From Eledone cirrhosa (lineage: Eukaryota), in assembly GCA_964016885.1 (NCBI GenBank), contig OZ024759.1, positions 34,782,001 to 34,846,000 of the forward strand: a stretch of 64,000 bases of DNA, read 5' to 3'. The position numbers and the translations under genes are program-made. Positions 42,040 through 55,318 of this stretch are shown one piece after another (within the stretch, counting starts at the first letter, position 1; each line of letters begins with the position of its first letter). Below the pieces are notes generated by a model. It searched no databases. It was not told the origin of the DNA and was given only the letters and a program-made list of their open reading frames with translations.

Positions 42040-42222
42040 GGGGGAGGCCCTGGCTCGGTTGTCATGCAGGTTAACGCCACCGATGAAGACCATGGTTACA
42101 ATGGAGAAGTGAGATATTTCCTACTCAGGGACGCTGACTGGCAGAAATTTGATTTGGATCAAACCACTGGCATGTTAACCACACGCAATTTCCTTGACCG
42201 TGAGGTACAGAAATCATACACG
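42040..42222 (+). CDS. Cadherin exon K
   Basis: ttag|GGGPGSVVMQVNATDEDHGYNGEVRYFLLRDADWQKFDLDQTTGMLTTRNFLDREVQKSYT|gtcagt, phase 0-0. Confidence 0.93.
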
Positions 42223-42488
42223 GTCAGTTAAAATAATTCTTACAACTAACTATCATTTAACACATATCATTTAACGTCTCACCACACACACACACACATA
42301 TCGTTTAACGTCTCACCACACATACACACACACATATCATTTAACGTCTCACCACACACACACATATCGTTTAACGTCTCACCACACACACACACACATA
42401 TCGTTTAACGTCTCACCACACACACACACACATATCATTTAACGTCTCACCACACACACACACACATATATATCGTTTAACGTCTCAC

Positions 42489-42527
<39 letters not shown>

Positions 42528-42542
42528 CGTTTAATGTCTCAC

Positions 42543-42587
<45 letters not shown>

Positions 42588-42622
42588 TTTAACGTCTCAC
42601 CACACACACACATATATATATG

Positions 42623-42653
<31 letters not shown>

Positions 42654-42934
42654 ATATATAACAAAGAAAGTATGGTAAGATACTAGGTGGACCAAAACAC
42701 ACCAGAGTACTCAACACTTAGGGAAGTGGAGTGGGTAAGAGGGAAAAGAGTCAGGACACCAACAGCTGAGCTCCGGCCGTTTCGACAGCTAGATCCTAAC
42801 AGTTCAGATCGAGGTGTCCAAATGGCCAGAGCTCAGTCATCAGGGTCCTGACTCTTTACCCTATATATATATATCTAAAGTTATGTTGGTACCACAACAT
42901 CCAGTCCTAAATAAATGAGGTCGTGTAGGTGTCA

Positions 42935-43225
42935 CGACAAAAAAACCACAGTCCACGCTGTAAATGTGGTTGGTGTTAGGAAGGGCATCCAGCTGTAGAA
43001 AACCCGCCACACAGTCCACGCTGTAATGTGGCCGTGTAGGTAACACGGTAAAAACCTCCCAGTCCACACTGTAAACGTGGTTGGTGATAGGAAGGGCATC
43101 CAGCCGTAGAAAACCCGCCAGATAGTCCTATACGAGCAAGACAACCACTCTTGCCTCAAGTGGAACAACTCCCGTCTAAACCCATGCTGGCGTGGAAGAT
43201 GGACGTTAAACGATGATGATGATGA
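42935..43225 (+). mobile_element. SINE with RTE-like (GAT)n tail (others at 22719-22825, 33726-33846 minus, 44150-44290 minus, 52150-52220)
   Basis: GGAAGGGCATCCAGCCGTAGAAAAC...CCCATGCTGGCGTGGAAGATGGACGTTAAAC(GAT)n; tail resembles that of the RTE fragment at 49560. Confidence 0.75.
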
Positions 43226-43273
43226 TATATATATATATATATATAAGCAGGGAAAAGCGAACGTAAAATGATG

Positions 43274-43339
<66 letters not shown>

Positions 43340-45158
43340 ATTTGAATATGTATTATTATATATGTGTGTGTGTGTGTATTTGAATATGTATATATATACA
43401 TATGTGTGTGTGTGTATTTGAATATGTATATATATATAGATATGTGTGTGTGTGTATTTGAATATGTATATATATACATATGTGTGTGTGTGTATTTGAA
43501 TATGTATATATATAGATATGTGTGTGTGTGTGTGTATTTGAATATGTATTATTATATATGTGTGTGTGTGTGTATTTGAATATGTATATATATACATATG
43601 TGTGTGTGTGTATTTGAATATGTATATATATATAGATATGTGTGTGTGTGTATTTGAATATGTATATATATACATATGTGTGTGTGTGTATTTGAATATG
43701 TATATATATAGATATGTGTGTGTGTGTGTGTATTTGAATATGTATATATATATAGATATGTGTGTGTGTGTATTTGAATATGTATATATATACATATGTG
43801 TGTGTGTGTATTTGAATATGTATATATATATAGATATGTGTGTGTGTGTGTGTATGTTTGTTCACAGATTGTAGTATTGTGCACAGATAAAACAATTGTA
43901 AATAAGATTTCAACACAGTTGGATTTTCACAATATATTTCTTATTTTCAGTAGTTTCGTGTCTTCTGGGGCCATCTTTAGGTGAATGTTAACATTGCCCC
44001 GCTATATTAGTGATAAGGTGCTGATGTTAACACTTATCTCAAGACTGTCCCAAAAGACATGAAAGTACTGCTGAATGTAAGATAAGTAAGGTGAAAAATA
44101 AACTGTGTTGAAATTTTATTGAGTATGTATGTGTGTATATATATCATTATCATCATCATCATTTTACGTCCACTTTTCCCTGCTTGCAAGGGTAGGACGG
44201 GAACTGATTCTGGCTTGATTTCTACAGCTGGATGCCCTTCCTAACACCAACCTCATTTACAGTGAGTGCTGGGTGCTTTTTTTTACGTGGCACCTCCACC
44301 TTGCAGTGGAATGATAGGGACCCCAGTCCCTATCATCTCATTTCTACAGCTGAGTAAACTGGAGCAATGTGAAATAAAGTGTCTTGCTCAAGGAAACAAC
44401 ACATCACCCGGTCTGAGAATTGAACTCACAACCTTTCTATTGCAAGGCCAATGCTCTAACCACTAAGCCATGTGCCTCCACATATATATATATATATAGA
44501 TATATAGATATAGATATATAGATATAGAAATGGCTTCTACAGGGCTAGAACTGCTTTATTGGAATGGAATCCTCCTTGTTTACACTCTACTAGTGTATCG
44601 AGTATATTACTGTGGTTAGCCTCGGCTGAACCTGGGGCTCTCTCTCACACATATATATATATATAAAATGCATATATTATCACATGTGTGTATATATGTG
44701 TATGTGTGTATATGAATGTGTAAAATATATGTATATATATACGTATAGGTATATATATATATTTATATGGAGGCACATGGCTTATATATATATATGCCTT
44801 CCATATACTGTACCGATTGTGTTGTTATTTCTGTTTACCTTTTACATATATATATATATATCATCATCATTTTACGTCCGCTCTATATATATGTATATGT
44901 ATATTGGGAAACAGCTCTTCCTTTATATATGTGTTATTGAAGACAAGATTACTTCCTACCTTCCAGTGTTTGTTTGTTTATAAGAATCTTCTCATATCTT
45001 TTATTAAAACATCCACAACATTTCCAAACCCTGAAGATGAGACTGTGATTTTATGAGTGAAACCAAAACCCACTCCGAGCAAAATATTTTCATATTACCA
45101 TTGTAGTTTATTGTTGTTTTGTATTTTATTTTTGGTTTTTTTTTTAATTATTTTCCAG

Positions 45159-45390
45159 CTCCACATCAGAGCGACAGACTCGGGGAAACCTCCTCGCGCT
45201 GTTACTACGACACTCCACATAGAGATTCAGGACTCAAACGATAATGCCCCAGAGTTTAACCGCAAGAAATATCCGTTTCCTTACAAGTTGTACGGCCCTG
45301 AAGAGAGCCAGACAGCTTATGTTGGAAGTGTAGCTATTGCTGAGGACAAAGATAGCGAGGAGAATTCTGTCATATGTTACTACATTATAG
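45159..45390 (+). CDS. Cadherin exon L
   Basis: ccag|LHIRATDSGKPPRAVTTTLHIEIQDSNDNAPEF...AEDKDSEENSVICYYII|gtaagt, phase 0-1. Confidence 0.95.
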
Positions 45391-45657
45391 GTAAGTCGAG
45401 AGTACTCAATATTATACATTTTTTTTTTTTATATTTTAAAAAAAAATCTTTTTTTTTTTTTAATTTATAAAAAAAAAAAAATTTTTAATTTTATATTTTA
45501 TTTTTTTATTTATAATAAATTGAAGTGAAAGCAACTGGTGCATGTGTTTCTTATTGGCAACATGACCCTCCCAAAGTATAACAATATATATGTATATATA
45601 TATATATACACACACACATATATAAATGTATATAATAATATTTGTTTCTCTTGGAAG

Positions 45658-45974
45658 GTGGTGAGATGGTTGATTATTTCTGGTTGAATCAGACGTCCGG
45701 AGGTTTATACATCCAAAGGAGAATTGATCGTGAGAAACACAGCACGGTGAACTTATTGATAAACGCCACCAATACGTGTTTCCAGCACAAACTTAGGGGA
45801 ATTGCTCTGCACCCGGAAGACTTTTATACGCGAGAAATCAAAGAAACCTCATACCTTTGGGTTCAGGTTGTAATAACTGACATCAATGATAACCCTCCCA
45901 AATACCGTAGGAAGCAAATGAGTGTAGGTGTTACCAGGGATACTGACTTTGGCACCACCATTTTTGAGCTCCAG
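45658..45974 (+). CDS. Cadherin exon M
   Basis: gaag|[27 protein letters not shown]...DINDNPPKY...TIFELQ|gtgagt, phase 1-0. Confidence 0.93.
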
Positions 45975-45984
45975 GTGAGTCTGT

Positions 45985-46052
<68 letters not shown>

Positions 46053-46126
46053 ATGTTTGTTTTGTTTTGTTTCATTTATCAACTATATATTTATATATGT
46101 ATTTATATATATTATATATATACATA

Positions 46127-46194
<68 letters not shown>

Positions 46195-46314
46195 CATATA
46201 CATATGTAATATGTGTGTGTATGTGTATATATATACTTATACATGTGTATATACAATATATATGTGTGTATATATATATATACATACATACACATGTGTA
46301 TATATAATATATAC

Positions 46315-46347
<33 letters not shown>

Positions 46348-47590
46348 CCTGTATATATATATATTCATGAAAGACAGCCCAGCATGTGCGTGGGGACCCA
46401 GATCAGACAGTACTGCATGTCGTTCGGGAATGCCCCTGCTCTCAGACATTTTCCCAGCAGCCTGGAGGTAATCCCTAATACTACAAATGACCCCTGGGTC
46501 TCGACCCCATTCAACCTTTCTTTGCTTCTTTCTCTCTCACTCTCTCTTTCACTATTGTACATATGTCATATGACAAGAAAAAGTGGCTGAATATTCCACA
46601 AACATGTGCAACATTAGCATACTTCTCAGGGAGATTCAGCATGACATAGAATGTGATAAGACTGGTCCTTTAAATTACAGGTACAATCCATCTTGTTTTA
46701 TAGTGTAATGTGACTTTGGGGACCCTGATAAGACAGTACTGCATGTTGTTTGGGATTTCCCCACACCAGACGTTTTCTCGGGAGCCTAGGAGTAATCCAT
46801 AATGCTGCAAATGTCACCTTGGTCTGGCTCTCCAACCTCGACCTCACTCGCCCTCTTTCTCTCTCTCTCTCTATTGTACACATGTCATATGACAAGAAGA
46901 TCCATTTACTGGTATCTCACTGTCAACATATTTCATACAGACAAAGACCTCTCTGTAGAGTCCTTAAATCTCAGAACTCAGAACTCATCTCACTTCACAG
47001 CACACTTAACTTATCTTATATTTACAAAATTTATTAAATTATCTTGTCGTTCAACCATTTCTTCCAATTCGTTGATCACTAAATTACGCAGCGTTTTCTA
47101 TGTAGCAAATAACAACAAGCCAGCTAACCAGTTCACCAGCCAGCCATTGCTATATTACTATATTTTTGTCTGTTGAAGTCTTGTTCAAACCAATAAAAAG
47201 CTAATCTCGTGCGTAAGTGAAGACAAATAAAACATGACATGTTATCACATCCTCACCTTGTAAAAGCTGAAGTTTTCTCCTTCAGATATTTTGTAAACTG
47301 TCTGGAGAAAAATCTGCTAAAAACATGTTGTACGTTCCTCGGCAAAGGTCAATCATTTAAGAGAATGTGTCGGTCTACAGATTGTTTCTAATCTATCCTA
47401 TTAGACTACGTCAATCATAATTAGAGGTTGTAATTTAAAACTGCCCAACTTGCATACATATAGGAATTGAGAAATATCTCGTAGACATCTTTTTACTTGC
47501 AATGTTGCTTGTAATAAGTAAGTCTTTGAATTTAACCAACATCTATCTCTCTCTCTCTCTATTTCTCTGCCTATCTCTCTTTCTGTCTCT

Positions 47591-47655
<65 letters not shown>

Positions 47656-48454
47656 TATATATATATATCTTTATCTCTGCCTCTGTAACTCTCGCTCTCT
47701 CTCACACGCTTTTTAACTCTCTCTTTCTCTCTCTGTGTCTCTCTTTCTCTCACTTTTTCTCTCGCTTCCTAACATCAATGTGTTTTTTATAATCTGAATT
47801 GGCAGACAAAATGTACCGTATTTCATTGTCTCTCTCTCCCCCACTCTATCCCCCCCACCTCAATCTTTCTCTTTTGACACTTCCATATAAGACTTCATCT
47901 TCAACTAAGATATAAACTTATTATGTTTCTTTTAACTCTTCTTCTTCTATACTTCAAAATAATTATTTACCGTTTTTATTTCAAAGAAATTTTCTTTGTG
48001 TAATTCACTAAAAACATTTACAATTTCGGTGCTAAGGAATCACTTTAGTCTTACAAAAACACTTAACAAAACTATTATAAATTTTAATTGATTGACTTTT
48101 CTCCTTTACCTAAAAATTGTTGGCCATTTATTTCTTGATATCAAAATATTCATCACACTGCTTGCGACCTGGTCACTGACACAGTTCAACATAGTCTCAG
48201 ATTAAGTCAATTGCCAGAACGTCAGATAGAATTATTTATGGTATTGGTTCCGGCTTTCTGCTCTCTCAGTTCAAATCCCGCCAAGGTCAACTTTGCCTTT
48301 CATCCTTTCGATGTCGATAAAAAAAGTACCAGTGTAGTACTGGGGTCTATTATTCCTCAATATCTCTTTCTCAATTCCTCTCTCTCACTTTATCTCTCCA
48401 TACATATATAGGAATGATATTAATAAATGGAAACTATATTTATAAAACCATATT

Positions 48455-48515
48455 TATTTTATTATGAATATTTCAAGGGTACCAAAATTTTGGTACGCTC
48501 TCATCAGATAAAATA
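48455..48515 (-). ncRNA. Type I hammerhead ribozyme (left arm of palindrome)
   Basis: Minus strand: TATTTTAT-CTGATGA-GAGCGTACCA(AAATTT)TGGTACCCTT-GAAA-TATTCA-TA-ATAAAATA. Confidence 0.7.
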
Positions 48516-48595
48516 CAAAATTTGTTTTATAAATGTTGACATACCCAAGAAACCAGACCTTATCGGTTCAGGCTCAGTTTATAAAACAAATTTTG

Positions 48596-48656
48596 TATTT
48601 TATCTGATGAGAGCGTACCAAAATGTTGATACCCTTGAAATATATATAATAGAATA
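48596..48656 (+). ncRNA. Type I hammerhead ribozyme (right arm of palindrome)
   Basis: TATTTTAT-CTGATGA-GAGCGTACCA(AAATGT)TGATACCCTT-GAAA-TATATA-TA-ATAGAATA. Confidence 0.7.
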
Positions 48657-48785
48657 AATATGGTTTTATAAATATAGTTTCCATTTATTAATATTATTGA
48701 TATTATACTCCAGAAAATCTGTAGAGTGCTTCGAATCCGTTATAAATAAATTTATTGAATAACCAACAAATTAAATATCTCTTTG

Positions 48786-48848
<63 letters not shown>

Positions 48849-48976
48849 AGGGTAAACATTGATGCAATTCAATTCAAGCACTCAACTTACTTTTTCCACA
48901 TAGGAGTGACGGAGTAAATATCGAATAAGGAAAAGCGAAGTAGTTTCAGATGTTCAAGTCCTTTAATAATAATGCT

Positions 48977-49012
<36 letters not shown>

Positions 49013-49143
49013 GAGGTTATATTTAATTTGTTGGGATTCAACAAGCTTAAAAACTTTTATAACTGATATAAAGCACTCAACAAATTAGTGGAGTAAATAC
49101 ACAATGTATTAATAAATGGAAACTATATTTATAAAACCATATT

Positions 49144-49209
49144 TATTTTATTATACATATTTCAAGGGCAACCAAGGCAAATTATGGTGCGCTTTCATCA
49201 GATAAAATA
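49144..49209 (-). ncRNA. Type I hammerhead ribozyme
   Basis: Minus strand: TATTTTAT-CTGATGA-AAGCGCACCA(loop)TGGTTGCCCTT-GAAA-TATGTA-TA-ATAAAATA. Confidence 0.65.
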
Positions 49210-49557
49210 CAGATTTGTTTTATAAATAAATATTGACATACCCGGAAAAAAAGACAACCTTAACTATATATATATAGTCGGGACTTTGAAGGGAAAATGG
49301 TTATATATCTGTGTGTATTATTTCCTCTTATTTCGGTCACTGTCTTCAATTTGCATAGCTCACTAATTCAGAATGTGTATTTAATTAGAAGGGTCTCTAC
49401 AACAACTACAACGGTACGTGATGGGGCCCACCCACAGCCCCGGCGAACAGAATGGCGAAGGCGTCTATATATATATATGATACCAGTCATGTACTGGGGT
49501 CAATTCTTCCTCTATACCTCTTTCTCACTTCCTCTGTCTCACTTTATCTCTCCATAT

Positions 49558-49559
<2 letters not shown>

Positions 49560-49589
<30 letters not shown>

Positions 49590-49790
49590 TTTACGTCTGC
49601 TCTTCCCTGCTTGCAAGGGTGGGACGGGTCTTATTCAGCACAGCATCTCTCCACTCGTCACGGTCCCTCGTCATCTCCACCGTGAGCTTCAATGATCTGA
49701 GGTCTGTTCTCACCACCTCCGCCCATGTTTTTCGTGGTCTACCTCTACCACATCTTCCTTCAACTGGCATTTCCTGGCACTTCTTCACCC
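49560..49790 (-). mobile_element. RTE-clade LINE 3' fragment
   Basis: VEGRCGRGRPRKTWAEVVRTDL...RDEWR C-terminus followed by GACGTAAAA(TGA)n tail. Confidence 0.8.
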
Positions 49791-50486
49791 ATATATATAT
49801 ATATATATATGATACCAGTCATGTACTGGGATTAATTCTTCCTCTATATCTCTTTCTCACTTCCTCTCTCTCACTTTATCTCTCCATATATATATATATA
49901 TATATATGATACCAGTCATGTACTGGGGTCAATTCTTCCTCTATACCTCTTTCTCACTTCCTCTCTCTCACTTTATCTCTCCATATCATCATCATCATCA
50001 TCATCATCATCATACGTGTATATATATATATATTTTACATATATATATATATATATGATACCAGTCATGTACTGGGATTAATTCTTCCTCTATACCTCTT
50101 TCTCACTTCCTCTCTCTCACTTTATATCTCCCTCTGAAAGAAATCTGCCTTACCCAGGCCTGGGGAGGGTTGGCCTCCACCAGGCTTACACTACCCAAGA
50201 AATGCTGTATGCCAGTGTGACACCTCTACGACTCCTCAGGAGTTAGGGGACCTGACCATACTATACATAAGTACAAATCAGACATATAGGATTTCATTAA
50301 AGTAAAAGCTTCAATAAAATTAAGTACCAGTAATACATTGGGGTCAATTTAATCAACTTTCTCTCCTCCTCCCCCCCCCCCAAATTGTTGACCTTGTGCC
50401 TAAAGTAGAAACAATTCTTACCGTTGTTACTGTTGTTGTTGTTGTTATTGTTGACGTTGTTGTCCTTATTGTTATCATTGTTGTTA

Positions 50487-50711
50487 GGGCAGTAGATTGG
50501 TAGAATCAGTGGAGCGTCGGACAACATGCTTTGTGGCACAGAGTTACGTCCTTTTACGTTCTTAGTTCAAATCCTGCCAAGGTTAGTTTTGCCTTTCATC
50601 CTTACCGGGTCGATAAAATAAAGTACCAGTAATACACAGGGGGTCGATATTTAATCGACTTCCCCCTCCCCTTCAAATTGCTGGCCTTGTGCCTGTAGTA
50701 GAAACAATTAT
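50487..50711 (+). mobile_element. tRNA-derived CORE-type SINE, full length
   Basis: A-box-like TGGTAGAATCAGTGG, B box GTTCAAATCC, core GCCTTTCATCC...GTCGATAAAATAAAGTACCAG, tail GGCCTTGTGCC...GTAGAAACAATT. Confidence 0.85.
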
Positions 50712-50966
50712 CATCGTTGTTGTTGTCATTATTGATGTTGTTGTTGTCGTCACTAAGGTGTTCCACCCGGCCAAAAGTGTAAAATTTTCCTCTTCTGCCT
50801 CTCCACCTTTTTTCTTTCTTTCTCCTCTTCTCCGTCTTCACTCTTCCCAACTGTATTTATGATATATTCAATAAAATCGTTAATTTAATTGCTTACATTC
50901 TTTCTTTCTTTCTTTTCTTCATTCCTTGCCTCTCTTGCTCCCCCTGGTGGTGGTTTTCTGTACCAG

Positions 50967-51224
50967 TATGAAGTAGATGATCCCGATATTGGTAACAACT
51001 CAGTCCATACCTTCAAACAATTTGGGGATATTCGAATCAGTGATGGCCTCAAGAAAATGTTGTCACGTGACCCCGTCACCAACAAGACACGTCAGCCATT
51101 TATTGTCAACAATAATGGTTCTGTGATAACGAATATGTTCTTTCAAGCAGACATGCACGGATCCTTCGTGTTGCCTGTTCTAGTAACGGACAGCCGACAC
51201 AACTCAGACATCGCTAACTTAACG
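50967..51224 (+). CDS. Cadherin exon N
   Basis: ccag|YEVDDPDIGNNSVHTF...GSVITNMFFQADMHGSFVLPVLVTDSRHNSDIANLT|gtaagg, phase 0-0. Confidence 0.92.
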
Positions 51225-51832
51225 GTAAGGAATATCTCTCTCTCTCTCTCTCTCTCTGTTGTATATACATATATATATGTATATGTGTGTGTATGTTTAT
51301 ATATATGTGTGAATATGTTTATATATATGTGTGTGTATGTTTATATATATGTGTGAATATGTTTATATATATGTGTGTGTATGTTTATATATATGTGTGA
51401 ATATGTTTATATATATGTGTGTGTGTATGTTTATATATATATATATGTGTGTGTATATTTATATGTGTGTGTGCATATGTTTATATATATATGTGTGTGT
51501 ATGTGTATGTTTATATATATATGTGTGTGGATGTTTATATATATGTGTATATATATATAAATGTGTGTGTGTATATTTATATATATATGTGTGTGTGTGT
51601 ATGTTTATATATATATATGTGCGTGTGTATATTTATATATATGTGTGTGTGTGGGTATGTTTATATATATATGTGTGTATGTGTATGTTTATATATATAT
51701 GTGTGTGTATGTTTATATATATGTGTGTGTGTGTTTATATATATATATATGTGTGTGTGTGTGTTTATATATATGTGTGTTTATATATATATATATATAT
51801 ATATGTGAGTGTTTATATATATATATATATAT

Positions 51833-52022
51833 AGTTTTAATATAGAGGAGATTCTACAGGACTAGAACCGTTTCATTCTTTAGAAATCATCAGATTCCTG
51901 ATGATTTCTAAAGAATGAAACAGTTCTAGTCCTGTAGAATCTCATCTATATTAAAACTTTTATACTCTGCTATGTATTGAGTACCTTACTTACTGTGGTT
52001 ACCTCCGATTCAACCCGGAATA
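51833..52022. mobile_element. Palindromic Penelope-like element with back-to-back hammerhead cores (relatives at 31065-31240, 44523-44640)
   Basis: About 60-bp inverted arms each with CTGATGA-T-TTC(TAAA)GAA-T-GAAA; shared GTACTCAATAC-containing end; flanked by (TA)n. Confidence 0.6.
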
Positions 52023-52028
52023 ACGTAC

Positions 52029-52104
<76 letters not shown>

Positions 52105-52384
52105 GCTTCCATGCGAGCGAGACACGGTCTCCCGACCATTCCCGCATCAAATAGAACAAAACCGTCTAACCCATGCTAGCATGGAAGATGGACGTTAAAC
52201 GATGATGATGATGATGATGCGTGTATGTTTATATGCATATGTGTTGTATATGTGTATATATGTATATACATGTATATATGCACATATATATATGTATATG
52301 TATATATGCATATATATATATTTATATGGTTGTGAATATGTATCTATGAATGTCTGTGTATATACATACATGTATAGAGAATAC

Positions 52385-52822
52385 TCTACAGGATATAGGC
52401 AGCTTATGGAGAATATAGGCAACTTGTAGAGAATACAGGCAACCTCTACAGGATATAGGCAACTGATAGAGAATATATGCAACGTATAGAGAATATAGGC
52501 AACATGTAGAGAATATAGGCAACCTGTACAGGATATAGGCAACTTATAGAGAATATAGGCAACTTGTACAGGATATAGGCAACATATAAAGAATATAGGC
52601 AACATGTAGAGAATATAGGCAACCTGTACAGGGTATAGGCAACTTATAGAGAATATAGGCAACTTGTACAGGATATAGGCAACTTATAGAGAATATAGGC
52701 AACTTGTACAGGATATAGGCAACTTATAGAGAATATAGGCAACTTGTAGAGAATATAGGCAACTTATAGAGGATATAAGCAAGTTATAAAGATTACAGGC
52801 AACTTATAGAGAATATAGACAA
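52385..52822 (+). repeat. 20-bp minisatellite
   Basis: AGAGAATATAGGCAACTTGT variants. Confidence 0.92.
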
Positions 52823-53292
52823 TGCCAAAAGGTTCCTAGTGTAATTAAATAGGTTTCATTCATGTTACCATACAAATGTAATCTTTGATTTCCACACAAA
52901 GTAGCCACAGCAATTCCATTGTGTTCTGTTTAATCTATATATAAATTTCTGTCATTCTGTCACATGTAAAGAGAGGGGAATTGTTTGACTACCTCATACT
53001 ACCCCTCTCTCTTTACATCTGCTGCCTGCGTGAATGTATGTGTGTGTAAAAGGAAGGAAGGGAGTGGTGAATAAACTATAGCATAATAGAGGCTGGTGTT
53101 ACATTTGTTATGTTGTGTATGTGTGAATGTTTGTGTGTGTGAATGTATGTGTGTGTTTGTGTGAATGTATGTATGTGTTTGAATGTATGTGTGTGTTTTT
53201 ATGTGATTGTATGTGTGTTTGTGTGAATGTATGCGTGTGTTTATTTTTGTAAGTGTGTCTGTGTTTGCACATTTATATTTATAGACTCATAC

Positions 53293-53325
<33 letters not shown>

Positions 53326-53770
53326 TATATATACACATACACACACATACACATATACACACACACATCAGTGTGTTGAAAAGGAATCCTAGTATGAAAA
53401 AAGGTTGGTTTCTTTGTTGGTGATGTTATTGTTGTGTGTTGTTGTTGTTTGTGTATTTTATTGTTGTGTTGTTAGGTGTATGTTGCTGTTGTCTTCTTTT
53501 TCTTTACTTTTTTTCTTTTTTCTTTTTTTTTTTCATATTTTTTCTTTCTTTTTCTTTGTTTTTCTTGTTTTTAAGACGTATTAAAAGACTTTGCGTCGTC
53601 CGACCAAACATTCGACCAATTGCTAATGAGACGTGTTGTCTGCTATTTTATTTAGTTTCTCTCAATCAGGAATTATATTGGTTAGATGTGACTATACAGA
53701 TGACCACTGGGAAATAACTATGTAGCCATTGTGGCAGTTACTGCTGTTTCCTTTGATGTAACTGCGACAT

Positions 53771-53805
<35 letters not shown>

Positions 53806-54302
53806 GTAGTAGTAGCAGCAGCTACAGCAACATCATTTTTCATTGCCATCATCATCACCGCCTTCATCAATTTCATCATCATCATCTTTGTCATTATTTT
53901 TATCTTTATCATATCACCATTCTCATCACCATCATCATCTTCATAATCATCACCATCATCATCGCCATCATCTTCATCATCATCATTATCATCACCATTA
54001 TCATCATCATCATCATCACCAGCATCACCATTATCGCCAAGATCATCACCATCATCATCATCTTCATCGTCTTCATAATCATCATCATCTTTATCATTAT
54101 CACCATCACCATCATCTTCATCATCATCTTCATCATCATCATGCCCTCATCACCTCCATCATCATCACCACCATCATCACCGCCATCTTTATCCTCTCCT
54201 TCCTCATCACTATCATTATCATCAGTGGGGAGGAGGTAAGGAGGTGGTGTGGAGCCAGGGGGTGGAGCAACTGGTCTAATATAAACCATTAATCCATTAA
54301 GC

Positions 54303-54597
54303 CAGTGGTCACCAACCTTCTTTATACCACTGACCAGCTTCATGCCGGACAATCCTTCTGTGGACCGGTAGTTGTACATATCTGTTATTTAAGTGTATTT
54401 CAATAAAGAGAGCAAATAATAAAAAGACCAATTTATTAAAGTAGATGAATATTAAATATTTAAACAAATCTTTTTAAATTAAAGTCTAATATTCAATTTA
54501 TCTATTATATAATTTTAAACAAGTTAATTATTTCTTTGCGGCCTGGTAGCCAATGATCCATGGACCGGTCCGCAACTCAGGAGGTTGGGGACCTCTG
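54303..54597. mobile_element. hAT-like MITE
   Basis: TIRs CAGTGGTCACCAACC / GGTTGGGGACCTCTG (13/15); degenerate 8-bp flanks CATTAAGC / CGTTAATC. Confidence 0.65.
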
Positions 54598-54611
54598 CGT
54601 TAATCTATCCT

Positions 54612-55175
54612 GCTACATTTAATATAAACCTATAATATTTTGAGCTGCATTTAATATAAACCTATGTTGAGCTACATTTAATATAAATCTATTTGAGCTA
54701 TATTTAATATAAACCTATGTTCAGCTACATTTAATATAAACCTATGTTGAGCTACATTTAATATAAACCTATTTGAGCCACATTTAATATAAACCTATGT
54801 TATATTGAGCCACATTTAATGTAAACCTATGTTGAGCTAGATTTAATATAAGCCTATGTTGAGCTAGATTTAATATAAACCTATGTTAAGCTAGATTTAA
54901 TATAAACCTATGTTGAGCCACATTTAATATAAACCTAAGTTGAGCCACATTTAATATAAACCTGTGTTGAGTCACATTTAATATAAACCTGTGTTGAGCC
55001 ACATTTAATATAAACCTGTGTTGAGCCACATTTAATATAAACCTATGTTGAGCTACATTTAATATAAACCTATATTATGTTGAGCTAGATTTAATATAAA
55101 TCTATGTTGAGCTACATTTAATATAAACCTATAATATATTGAGCTACATTGAATATAAACCTGTTATTTTGAGCT
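54612..55175 (+). repeat. About 27-bp minisatellite
   Basis: GAGCTACATTTAATATAAACCTATGTT. Confidence 0.9.
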
Positions 55176-55229
55176 CATGCTGTCTTTGATTGGTTCAACT
55201 AAACCTGTGTATAATTGGTTGTTTTTCAG

Positions 55230-55318
55230 ATAAACTTTGTCAGTGATAGCCAGAGATTGAAGGTTATATTTCGCAGACCACCATTAGATGTGCAAAGAAT
55301 CAAGGAAGACTTTTTAGA
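55230..55318 (+). CDS. Cadherin exon O (start of membrane-adjacent domain)
   Basis: tcag|INFVSDSQRLKVIFRRPPLDVQRIKEDFL|gtaagt, phase 0-2. Confidence 0.88.

Larger units (their letters stand above)
48415..48790. mobile_element. Penelope-like non-autonomous palindromic element (relatives at about 17170-17425, 49020-49260, 62620-62800)
   Basis: Long inverted arms with hammerheads; shared sequence with three other loci; ends at (TA)n. Confidence 0.6.

Noticed and set aside
45031-45065. CTGAAGA...GAAAC hammerhead-like string
   Set aside because: No convincing stem I or II
50140-50260. GC-rich patch, possible retroelement 5' end or ribozyme
   Set aside because: Could not fit a known fold or assign a family
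50487-50585. tRNA gene
   Set aside because: A/B boxes belong to a SINE head; no cloverleaf
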